Assembly: GCF_001194135.2 (NCBI RefSeq)
Contig: NC_068982.1
Span: forward strand, 172,735,815 to 172,799,814
DNA from: Octopus bimaculoides
Lineage: Eukaryota
Direction: 5' to 3'
Length of the DNA stretch: 64,000 nt
Below the pieces are notes generated by a model, which made no database searches, was not told the DNA's origin, and worked only from the letters and a program-made list of their open reading frames with translations. Of this stretch, positions 1-11,101 are shown piece by piece (within the stretch, counting starts at the first letter, position 1; each line of letters opens with the position of its first letter). The position numbers and the translations under genes are program-made.

Positions 1-270
1 TGTGTGTGTGTGTGTGTGTGTGTGTGGATGTATGTGTGTGTATGTATGTGTGTGTGTGTGTGTGTATGTGTTTATGACTTGTGATCTTTGTTTCTTTGTG
101 TATCCATATATATATATGTGTGTGTGTGTATGTATGTGTGTGTGTGTATGCGTTTATGACTTGTGATCTTTGTTTCTTTGTGTATCCATATATACACATG
201 TGAGAGTGTGCGTGCATGAGCGTGTGTGCGCGTATGAACGTGTGTGCGCGTGTGTGTACGGGCGCACACG
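1..270. repeat. (TG)n/(TATG)n microsatellite containing a 42-bp unit duplicated with an 82-bp period
   Basis: tttatgacttgtgatctttgtttctttgtgtatccatatata occurs at 71 and 153 inside TG repeats. Confidence 0.9.
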
Positions 271-533
271 AGGATGCTTGTATGTGGGTAATGGCGTTCT
301 TTTTTGCTAGAACTTTAAAAATTTTGTTCGTTTTTTTGTAATTGTGAAATTTTTTCGCCATGAACGGTTTGTGTTTTTAAACGGAGTGTATTTTTTCTGA
401 TGTTATATCTGTTCCTGAATGATGTGTAAAGAAATTTTGATTTAAGCATCTTAATGAATTCTTTATACTGAAATATATATTGAAGAAGATAAATATGTTC
501 TTTTGAATTTATACGTTTTTGCGTCGTAACTCC

Positions 534-767
534 NNNNNNNNNNNNNNNNNNNNNNNNNNNNNNNNNNNNNNNNNNNNNNNNNNNNNNNNNNNNNNNNNNN
601 NNNNNNNNNNNNNNNNNNNNNNNNNNNNNNNNNNNNNNNNNNNNNNNNNNNNNNNNNNNNNNNNNNNNNNNNNNNNNNNNNNNNNNNNNNNNNNNNNNNN
701 NNNNNNNNNNNNNNNNNNNNNNNNNNNNNNNNNNNNNNNNNNNNNNNNNNNNNNNNNNNNNNNNNNN
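534..767. other. Assembly gap (N-run). Others at 2077-2894, 30672-30869, 34818-34827, 35759-35768, 36868-37053, 40664-41423, 43994-44093, 50263-50297, 53161-53170
   Basis: Runs of n, mostly flanked by (TA)n, (CT)n, (GA)n or (TG)n. Confidence 0.98.
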
Positions 768-849
768 TATATATATATATAATATAAATAAAATCCATAC
801 ATATATGTACATACCTACATCTATATATATATAAAAACAAATAGTAAAT

Positions 850-1022
850 GAGTATATGCATATATACGTACAGGTATGTGCATACCGACATCCACCTGTA
901 TGTATAGGTGCATATCTGGATACAGGACATTGCAAACAAAACGTAGACGATAAAACACACAAGCCACATAGAGAACATTCTCCTTCATCAGCTACCCCCG
1001 TTTTAACACCGGCGTTTCGAAG
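850..1022 (-). repeat. Dispersed repeat, copy 1 (copy 2 at 42906-43112); possibly a Penelope-like terminal repeat
   Basis: Shares gagtatatgcata...gcatatctgg.tacaggac...gccacatagagaa.att..ccttcat.agct.cccc...gcgtttcgaaga with copy 2. Orientation is assumed from the GAAAC/CTGATGA motifs. Confidence 0.75.
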
Positions 1023-1886
1023 ATATATATACACACACACACACATACATTCATACACGCATATATTCATATACATACCAACCTATATATGTATTCATAC
1101 ACACACACGTGTGTGTGTGTATTCAAAGTCGAAATGTCAAGACGGCAATACACATACACACAATAGGTACTGGTTGGTACAGTAGAGATGTTAGTGTGCG
1201 TAGAGAACAGTATATATATATATATGTGTGTGTGTGTGTATTTTTGTATGTATGTATTGAAAAGAGATATTTAAAATTGTCTTTCACAACAATACTTTTC
1301 CATGTGAATAAAGAAACTTATTCGTGAGTTTACAGCTGTGAATCTTACTGTTCTTGTCGGTGGTGGTGGTAGCACTTAGTATTATTATTAGTAGTAGTAG
1401 TGTTGGTGGTAGTAGTAGGAGATCCCCCTCCCACTCTCTCTCTCTCTCTCTCTATATATTTTATACATAGTTTGACCTAACTATGCAAAGGCTCGTCTTA
1501 TTTTATCTGTTTGTTTAGCTGACTCTATCTACCTCTGCTCTTTTATCTATCTTGTCTATATCAGTCAGTCTATGTTATGTTAATAGATGACCTGCCGGCC
1601 TACCTGCTGTTTGTTTGTATGTCTATTAGTTTATCTATCTGCTCGTCCTCTGTCTGTCTCTGTATTCTTTATGTATTAGAATGTGTATTTAGCTGTCTTT
1701 TTCTTCTTCTTTTTATGGTGTACCTATCTGTTTGCATGGTGTACCTTACTGTCCACTTGCGTTGTCTATGTGATGATATACTGGCATGGTTTAACTATCA
1801 GACAGTCTATTTATTTGGTCTAACTATTGGTAGAGTTAGTGTGACTGTATGATCTGTGATTTTCCACGTAGTCTTTTTAGAACTAG

Positions 1887-1918
<32 letters not shown>

Positions 1919-1977
1919 ATGTGAGTGTATACGTAGTATATAAAAATGTACACGCGTGTGTGTATATTCAACTTTAC

Positions 1978-2076
<99 letters not shown>

Positions 2077-3619
2077 NNNNNNNNNNNNNNNNNNNNNNNN
2101 NNNNNNNNNNNNNNNNNNNNNNNNNNNNNNNNNNNNNNNNNNNNNNNNNNNNNNNNNNNNNNNNNNNNNNNNNNNNNNNNNNNNNNNNNNNNNNNNNNNN
2201 NNNNNNNNNNNNNNNNNNNNNNNNNNNNNNNNNNNNNNNNNNNNNNNNNNNNNNNNNNNNNNNNNNNNNNNNNNNNNNNNNNNNNNNNNNNNNNNNNNNN
2301 NNNNNNNNNNNNNNNNNNNNNNNNNNNNNNNNNNNNNNNNNNNNNNNNNNNNNNNNNNNNNNNNNNNNNNNNNNNNNNNNNNNNNNNNNNNNNNNNNNNN
2401 NNNNNNNNNNNNNNNNNNNNNNNNNNNNNNNNNNNNNNNNNNNNNNNNNNNNNNNNNNNNNNNNNNNNNNNNNNNNNNNNNNNNNNNNNNNNNNNNNNNN
2501 NNNNNNNNNNNNNNNNNNNNNNNNNNNNNNNNNNNNNNNNNNNNNNNNNNNNNNNNNNNNNNNNNNNNNNNNNNNNNNNNNNNNNNNNNNNNNNNNNNNN
2601 NNNNNNNNNNNNNNNNNNNNNNNNNNNNNNNNNNNNNNNNNNNNNNNNNNNNNNNNNNNNNNNNNNNNNNNNNNNNNNNNNNNNNNNNNNNNNNNNNNNN
2701 NNNNNNNNNNNNNNNNNNNNNNNNNNNNNNNNNNNNNNNNNNNNNNNNNNNNNNNNNNNNNNNNNNNNNNNNNNNNNNNNNNNNNNNNNNNNNNNNNNNN
2801 NNNNNNNNNNNNNNNNNNNNNNNNNNNNNNNNNNNNNNNNNNNNNNNNNNNNNNNNNNNNNNNNNNNNNNNNNNNNNNNNNNNNNNNNNNNNNNTATATA
2901 TATATATATATAATCTCGGTGTACACAAATGAAGTAGTAGATTAAAATAATAATCTGTGTACCATATAGGCACTGAAAGGGATGACCCTGTGAATTTTAT
3001 GTGCGAGTTCTCTTCAGAAACGTGTTAAAACACGATACATATCGAAGTGATATGCATGTCTATGAAGATATTTTTATTTCAGACAAAAGCCACAGCTTTC
3101 TACCTTTCAACGGTGTACGTACGTCGGTGTATGGGCAGATGGCTCCCTCTTTCCGTCTCACCCATATATGTGTGTGTGTTATAATTGAAGTTTAGATTTG
3201 AATTTAAACTGCGTTTGGGGTATGTCCTTGGGTGTCGAAACGATCGTTGTGATAAATAAAAGTTTCCAGTATATTGCATCTTACATACCAATTGTTTCTA
3301 CTATATTGCACCTATAATATGACGCTAATATGAGATCGGATAAGATCACGAAGCTAAGAAGACAAAAAAATTAAAATAGAAGTACATTTAGATACACACG
3401 GAAGGGTAGTCAATGATTTTGCAACCATAACCACTACGTCTTTTTCGGGGTATGTATCTAGAACTACATTATCCTATGTCATTGCCCTGTTTTTGTTTTT
3501 GAAGACGAGAGTGATTTGAGGGAATATGGCCGCTATAGTTCTAACCCTAGGTCAGACATGAATGATTAGAACTCTGATGAAAGGCGTTCCAGCTGTCAAC
3601 ATCCCGTTTTATTTTCTTT

Positions 3620-4046
3620 TGTGTGTCATTAGATCTATGCCAACATTGCGGTGGTGGAAAAAGCTCTGGTGGTTTTGATGGTAAAAGCGGTGGCACTGAT
3701 GGTTTGGTTGATGGTGGTGACGGTGCTGTTCAGTTTGGCGACGATGTTGCTGGCGATAGCAATGCTGGTGGTAGTGGTGTCGGTGGTCGGAGGTGGGGGC
3801 TGATTTCCATAGTGGTTGCGGTAGTGAATTTTAGATGGCAGCGGGGGTGGGTGGGTGGATGGGATGGTGCTAGTGTATGGTGTAGGTACTTCTCATGTTG
3901 CCCGTTGATCTTTAATGTATTGTATGCATGCACGCCTGTGTGTATGTATAGTGTGTGTATGTATATATATGTGTGTGTGTGTGTGTGTGTTCATGAGATT
4001 GCGTGTATGTGCATACGCTCACATACATGTAAGCGTGCGCGCATAT

Positions 4047-4082
<36 letters not shown>

Positions 4083-4545
4083 ACGGTTGAGTTTCTTTGT
4101 AGTGTGAAATGGCATTTAACCTCCTCACCACCACCCTGCATCCCACACAACAATACCACCAACCAAACCCAACAACCCCTTCCTGCAAGCTGTAATGTTG
4201 TCACCACCACCACCAATGCCTCCATCGCCACCACCAGTGCCTCTAACAATACCAATATGAAAATGTTAACCTTAATTTCATTACACATCCACTAATTGGT
4301 ATTAAAACCATGTTAATAAGGGTCGTGTGTGATGTCACAAAATTCTGTTCCGCTTTCGTCACCAGGTGTCACCAAAATGTGGTGTTCCCACGTAACACTT
4401 TTGCGCTCGTAATTATTGGTATTGATGATGAAACGACCACGATGTTAATGATGATGTTGACGAGGAGGAGGGATGAGGTGCTGACTACGACTACTACTAC
4501 TGATGATGATGATAATAATAATAATAATAATAATGGTTTTGACAC
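3620..4545. repeat. Degenerate trinucleotide (GGT/CAC/GAT/AAT) and (TG)n low-complexity tract
   Basis: Visible simple repeats; they explain the Gly-, Thr- and Val-rich ORFs in the track. Confidence 0.85.
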
Positions 4546-4576
4546 AAAGCCAACACTTTTGCATGAGGAGACTAGA

Positions 4577-4740
4577 CGATTACATTGACCCTCAGTTCGC
4601 AACTGGTACTTAATTTATCGACCCCGAAAGGATGAAAGGCAAAGTCGACCTCGGCGGAATTTGAACTCAGAACGTAGCGGCAGACGAAATACCGCTAAGC
4701 ATTTCGCCCGGCGTGCTAACGTTTCTGCCAGCTCGCTGCC
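4577..4740 (-). mobile_element. tRNA-derived SINE, family A, well-preserved copy
   Basis: Minus strand reads GGCAGCGAGCTGGCAGAAACGTTAGC (A-box-like), GTTCAAATTCC (B-box-like, 4656-4666), then GTCGACTTTGCCTTTCATCCTTTCGGGGTCGATAAATTAAGTACCAG. CpGs are retained and many diverged copies occur in the window. Confidence 0.85.
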
Positions 4741-4743
4741 TTC

Positions 4744-4779
<36 letters not shown>

Positions 4780-4799
4780 TCATCATCATCATCATCTAC

Positions 4800-5655
4800 T
4801 ATAGACACAAGGTCTGGATTTTGTGGGGAGGCGGACAGTTGTTCACATCGACCCCAGTACTTAACTGGTATTTAAGTTATCGATCCCAAAAGAATGAAAG
4901 ACAAAGTTGACCTCCAGATCCTTCTTCTTGGAGGCACCATGATAATAATAATAATAATAATAGTAATAATAATTAACAGAAATACATTATGGCACATTTG
5001 AAACAGGAACCCCTCATTGGTTAGATCAACTTCAGTATTTTGATTGGTAGTGCGTATTTACTTAGTATATTGTTAAATTTGTTCCAACCACTTGAAGAAT
5101 TTCAAATTTTCACCAGATTTTTATTTATTTATGTATTTATTTAATGTAGTTTTGCATGCTGAGAAAATGAATATGATCTTTGGTCCTCGGCAGACAAAAC
5201 TACATCAGAGTAGAAAATGGGAAAATTATTCTGATGGGTTATTTCAGAAAATTCTAGTGGTTGGGGGATACTTAACAAGAACCCGTATTTATTTTATTGG
5301 CCGCTCCCCTAGCCTGTACAGATGAAAAACAACGTTCCCTCTCTCAGCCGAAATTTGAACTCAGAATCATAAAGCGACATATCTAGATAGCGTATTACAC
5401 TTGGTCTCTCCGGCACCCCGTCGTTTGTGCTATATCACTCTAACCAACACTACATCCACCTCCAGCCACTACCTTGTGAATAATATTTTTCTTTGGTTCA
5501 AGGCTAGAAATGTTTAAGTGGGAGGCATGTGTATGTTTTATTGAGCTGGCCTCAGAATATTACTTGTATATACATTCGTATCGTACTTGGAGTGATGAAA
5601 GTAAGCTAGACTTAGACAATACGTCATTTGTCTATTTTCATACACACACACACAT

Positions 5656-5688
<33 letters not shown>

Positions 5689-5900
5689 AACAAACGCGCG
5701 CACACACACTCACACACGTATATACACAATATGCATTAGTGTCTTTCTGGTTAGATATTAATTTATAGACGACCTAATCGATTCCTAGTTTTCTTCTGGG
5801 GATGAAAAGCAATGTCGACTCGCAGTGGGATACGAACTTTGAACGTAAAGGAACAAACGTAACTGAAATACAAGACATCTTATCTGGCGCCCTATAGACT
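4800..5900 (-). mobile_element. Partial family A SINE copies (about 4800-4915, 5340-5420, 5770-5900)
   Basis: Recurring gaccccagtact..actggta, gatgaaa.gcaa.gt.gac and aatttgaactcag motifs. Confidence 0.7.
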
Positions 5901-6049
5901 GGTTCAGTCATTTTTAGCAATTCTAGAAATAACAACCAAATCTCCTTAAATACATTATGCATGAAGAAGGGTGGAGAATCACTGGATTGCCCCGGGAGTG
6001 TTTCTCTAAACAAGAATCTAAATGTAGGTGAAAATCTCGTCCCACAGGA

Positions 6050-6330
6050 CGCCCCAATACCGTTTCCACACGTTTTCCACGTTCATCACGATCTTCTATA
6101 ATGGTCCTCAGCTCCTGGTGGAGAATGAGGTTGTAATCGATTGAATCACTTCATCGACACCCATAAGAACAATAAGCAAATTGGGTTTAGGCGGTGGGAT
6201 GTGAGCTGAGGGTGATTGCGGAGAGACATAGCTAAAACACTGTAAGTCTTGGCGCTTTACCATCAAATGCCGTCCTGTTCTGGGTACGGAAAATGATGAA
6301 GTCGAGGAAACACTGAATTGCCTAAGACTA
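6050..6330 (-). pseudogene. Possible Penelope-like reverse transcriptase C-terminal relic
   Basis: Hand translation FLDFIIFRTQNRTAF...SSHPTA*...LHQELRTI (FLD at about 6301-6309) resembles the PLE pattern FLD.L I.R....F.T..YRK...S.HP...EL..I. Contains stops. Confidence 0.4.
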
Positions 6331-7399
6331 TGCTTGGTATGTGGTGTGAGTTTTAAAGGCAATAAAGAATTTTTTAAAAACGTAGGTAAGATACTGTGTA
6401 AAATAATATTACCATTGAGACCACGTGCTAGGGTGGGTGATAGTCAATTTAGTTGTTCTCATCCTGAGAAATACCAGTTCCTCCGCTACCAACAAGGTAT
6501 TAGGGAAAATTTTCAACACCCCTCTTTTTATTAAGAAGATGAAATAGTGTTTGCATCCAAACTTTTCATAGCCACGATGTTAGGCAAGTTAAAACAATTA
6601 TAAAAAACATCTTAATTTTATTAAACATGGACATGCAATTTGTCCGCCCCACCTTTTTGCAGTCCTCATAGTTGCAACATCGCCAGCCACTACGAGGAAA
6701 ACGATTTGATTGCCAAAATGAAAGGTAAAACTTGAGCCTCACAGAATTATAAATGAAACCATAAAGGGACGTAACTAAATATACTACATGACATTTGGTC
6801 TTTTTAAGTGATCTAACGTTTCTTTTAAAGGTTTTCTTTTGCAATTCGAATATAAAAGAATGAATGAACGGTAAAATTGTTTACTACTATTCCTCCTCCT
6901 ACATATATACATACGCTTATTCGATACTGAAGCTTCATTCCGTGTTACTCCGAGTTTCGCGATGCGACTTCTACATGTTCTGATGAATACTTTCTCTCGT
7001 TGATGCGCGCGCGTGTGAGTGTGTAACTATACGTATACACACTCGAAAGTGAACCGTAAAACAATAATGGTAAACTATTATTTGCCAAAGAATACATAAG
7101 TAAATAAAAAAAAAATTAAATAAAAACCTCAACTAAACAAAAAACCAAACTGCGGCAGTTCAGATAGATTCCCTCCTTCTGTAATCCTCTATCGCCGTTT
7201 GGCCATTTCGGTTCCACCTTCTTTATTATCTCTTTCAGTCGCTTCGTTCTAGCTTGCGTTAGCTGCTCTGGCTGCTAGCTTGATGATACGCCTAGTTAAA
7301 TAGCGCTACTTGCAAAATATTCCTCGATTCATGTCAGTAGTGCTTTTACTAATATAACAGGGTCAAGCTTGGCAAGCACTTTCTCCTTCCATTTACACA

Positions 7400-7682
7400 A
7401 CCATCCTCTCTCTCTCTCTCTCTTCCAATAGCTTTAGTTTTTTTGCTCTTACTCTTTCACCTGTTATCTCTCTCTCTCTCGCTCGCTCTCCCTTTCGTCC
7501 ACAACGACGTTTTCGATCGCCCATCCTCTTATTGACTATTTTCTATTCTCTCTTTCGATTGCGAGCGCTGCATTTATCATTTCTGCTGCTGTCGATTCAT
7601 CTCTCTCCCATTTTCTTTATCATACGTTTACTCTTTTCTCCCATCCTCTCTTTGATTCTTTCGCCGTTTCTCATTGAATATT

Positions 7683-7722
<40 letters not shown>

Positions 7723-8452
7723 AATCTCTATCTCTCAAAATCTTTCGATGGTCTCTTTATTTTTGTCAAGCTATCGCTCTCAAATTTTCTTTTTTTTCTA
7801 TCATTTTCATTTGCACCCATTCTCTCATTCTTTCTTCTTTGATTCTCTCTGCTCTCTCTCTCGCCTTTTTTTCACTAAACTCTTTCTTTTCTTTTCGTTT
7901 TCCTCTCAAAATAATCAAATACCCTCTCACTTTCATCTTCTCTCAAAAACACTCTTTCGATCTACCTCTCTCTCTCTCTCTTTGTATTTCCTCCTGTCTT
8001 TCTTTGTCACTCCTCACACTCTTCCTCCTGCATACTTTCCATTTTCCTGTTAGTTCATCTTTCACTCGCTCTTTTATTCCCTCATACTCTCCCTCTCCAA
8101 AACACATCTATACTTCCTCTTTCATCCTTTTTTTTTTACTCATTCTCTCTCTCTCTCACTTTATACACACACAATCGTTTGTCCTTCTGTCTTTCTCACC
8201 GTTTCGTATACACCCACAAGTGTACACACATCCACGTGTCATCCTCTCTCACTTTCACACACAAAAATGTGTCCTTTTTCTTGCTCTTCCTCCACTTCTC
8301 TCTGTCACACTTTTCTCACGCCTTCTTCCTCTTCACTAATTGTCTATTTTTCTTTCCTTCTCACGTTCGATCTACGATAATTGATTTCTCATATTCTACT
8401 GTTTTATTATATTTTATATCTTAACCATTCATATATTTCAGTTTTCTTTCTC

Positions 8453-8488
<36 letters not shown>

Positions 8489-8660
8489 TTCTATATATAT
8501 CTATATATTTCTATATATATATATATATATTTCTCTCTCTCTCTATATATATATATTTCTATCTATATATTTCTATCTATCTATCTATGCATTCTCATTC
8601 TCTCTCTTTCTCCATTACCTTTTTTTTTATTACTTACTATTTTTTTTATTAACATTTTTC
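7400..8660. repeat. CT-rich polypyrimidine low-complexity region with (CT)n, (CTAT)n and (TA)n
   Basis: Composition; it explains the Leu/Ser/Phe-rich ORFs. Confidence 0.85.
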
Positions 8661-8903
8661 TCCTGATAATTAAATCGAACTGTTTAAAGAAAATAGGAGA
8701 CGGATTGTAATCGTTTAATTAGCGAACTAAGAAGCCATGCATTTATGTGAAAAAACAAAGTGGGATGCTAATACCTTTCTCAAAGACTAAAAATATTTGA
8801 AAGCGATTCTTATTTTATCAATCTCTTTGTCGAATCGCTGAATAACAGAAACGGTAGGATCTTACAAATGTAATGTAATAAGCTGAAAAAAAACTTCGCT
8901 TAC

Positions 8904-8958
8904 CTGAGATTATCTAAGTAATTAATAGACAAAACGTTCCTGTATAGGTGTTTAAGAT
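8904..8958 (-). CDS. Candidate 55-nt internal exon of an unidentified minus-strand transcript
   Basis: Acceptor tagtttctttccccAG and donor cag|GTAAGC; one frame is open (xLKHLYRNVLSINYLDNL). No homology recognised. Confidence 0.25.
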
Positions 8959-9039
8959 CTGGGGAAAGAAACTATGCATGGGAGATAACTCCAATATGAT
9001 CAGTTATTCGAAATTTTTGAGAGTGGATTCGGTTCTGAT

Positions 9040-9210
9040 TTTTCAGTCATTGGACTGCAGCCATACTGGGGCACCGCCTTGAAGTTTTTTAGTCGAACGA
9101 CTCGATCCCAGTACTTATTCTATCAGTCACCTATGCCAAACTGCTATGGGAACATAAACAAAGCAGCATCGGTTATCAAGCGGTGGTGGGGGACAAATAC
9201 TGAACAGACG
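9040..9210 (+). mobile_element. SINE-like dispersed repeat, family C (reverse copy at about 38130-38320)
   Basis: ttcagtcattggactgcagccatactggggcaccgccttgaag...cccagtacttatt...tcaagcggtggtgggggacaaa; the reverse complement recurs near 38.2 kb. Confidence 0.7.
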
Positions 9211-9257
9211 TGCATAACTACATGTAAAATGTGCACTCACACACACCGGGTATATTA

Positions 9258-9391
9258 TCAGTTTCTGTCTACCATATCTACTCACAAGGCTGGGGTTATG
9301 CTAGAAGACACTTTCCCAAGGTGCCATGCTGTGAGACTGAACCCAGAACTATGTGGTGCGGGAAGCAAGTTTCTTACCACACAACCACGCC
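9258..9391 (-). mobile_element. tRNA-derived SINE, family B head
   Basis: Minus strand GGCGTGGTTGTGTGGTAAGAAACTTGCTTCC...GGGTTCAGTCTC...GGCACCTTGGGAAAGTGTCTTCTAG. Confidence 0.8.
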
Positions 9392-10671
9392 GGTTTATTT
9401 AATTAACAAAAATAAATTGTTGTCTTTGTATCTTAATTCTTTACCACTAGCACACCGTCACCATACGAGGGAGCCTTCGCGTGGAAGCTTGATATACCAG
9501 AGAAAGCAGCCGAATATCTCTCGAATCAAACCCTGCCATCTTTCCTTAGGAAAGAAAGATAATTAAAAAACGGCGATGACTCTTGCTGCAATACCACCAT
9601 TCTTTCCTCTTATGTTTTTGGTCTCTGTGATAATTATTTTCATTGGTTCTCAAACCAACCACGTCGACCCTCGCTTCACCTTTTATCTTATCTCTCACTA
9701 TTTCAATTCTATCAAAACGTATTATTCTCCCCTCCTTTATTTCTACCGGTTTGTCATTCATTCCATCAATTTTGCTTGCCATTGCAGCCGACACATACTT
9801 CGTATTTCTCTCTTCTTTTCTTCCTACTTCTGTTCTTTCTCATGTATGTATGTATGTATGTATGGATGCATGCATGACTGTATGTTTTGTGTGTGTTCAA
9901 ATACTGTTATTCTGCAATATTTCCAACATCATCTTCACCACGTTCCTAACCGCTAGCACCTCCGTCTTCTTTTCTTTCACCCACATCCCATTTTCTTTCT
10001 TCTTTCCCCTTTTAGACATTTTTTGTTTTCACGTAGTCATCCGAGTGTAAACATCTCTTTTTTATACTTGCACACACATCTTTTTTTATTTCAGTCACTG
10101 GACAGCGGTCATTCTGGGGTACTGCTTTAAACATATAATATTTATAATATATATATATATATCATATAGACAATATATTCACTAACACACAAATATACAT
10201 GTGTGTGTGTGTTTATAAAGAAGCCCATCTATCCATTTGTCTACTTTGTCAGTCAGACGCAGGCAATCATCACTCCCTAGTTACCTATCTTCTTGTTCTT
10301 CTCCCACCACGTTCACTCACTTTCTCCATTTACTTTCCAGTGAATACCATCACATACACACTTATCAGTTCTTTACCCTTTACTTCATTTCCCTCTGTAT
10401 TTTTATTTTCTTCGTCCTCAAAACCATTGTCGTCAAACCCTATCAACATTATCTGGATTTTTTCCAAGGAAAATTTATAGTTTTGCAACCTTTCTCTTTC
10501 CAAACACATTCGAAGTGTATTCAGCCAGAAAATCCGTGGTTCTATGCATATGTATACATACATATGCACACATCCACGATATGAGTGTGTGATTATGTGC
10601 ATATATATATACGTTCATAATATACACGTATGTGTGTATTTATTCATGTTTTATGTATATAGTGTTACATT

Positions 10672-10741
<70 letters not shown>

Positions 10742-11030
10742 CATACACACGCGCACATTCGTAAAATATGATGCGTGCAAAATATAACGTGTATACATAG
10801 AAATGCATTTCACATGCAATGTATCCATTCTGTACACATGTGCAGATACTCAGGTACAATGCATTTCTATGCACACACGTTATATTCGCGTACATATACA
10901 ATATTCCATACGTGAAAAATGTATTTAACATATACACACACGCATATACGCATCATACGAACAACGTATGTGCTCACGGAAGCACACCCGCGAAAATAAC
11001 TCCACAAATAAGATTCCCACGCAAGCAGAA

Positions 11031-11101
11031 TTTCCTCCTCTTCCTGCAACTTACTCTTACTTTTCCTCCTCTTCCTGCAACTTACTCTTACTTTTCCTCC
11101 T
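11031..11101. repeat. Perfect 31-bp tandem duplication (2.3 copies)
   Basis: tttcctcctcttcctgcaacttactcttact at 11031 and 11062, then a partial third copy. Confidence 0.9.

Noticed and set aside
315-533. TSFRNRYN...EKISQLQKNEQNF, loosely like a Penelope GIY-YIG segment
   Set aside because: Short, AT-rich and lacks the GIY/YIG residues; too weak to call.
315-2973. Long ORFs of 170-354 aa (likewise at 30.5, 36.6 and 40.5 kb)
   Set aside because: They are open only because they cross N-gaps and (TA)n runs.
6540-6860. Possible Tc1/mariner-like end
   Set aside because: No matching second TIR and no convincing transposase translation.
6930-6985. GAAACTCGGAGTA on the minus strand and CTGATGA on the plus strand
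   Set aside because: The motifs are on opposite strands, so no hammerhead can be assembled.
7532-8710. Several 80-220 aa Leu/Ser/Phe ORFs
   Set aside because: Translations of a CT-rich low-complexity tract.
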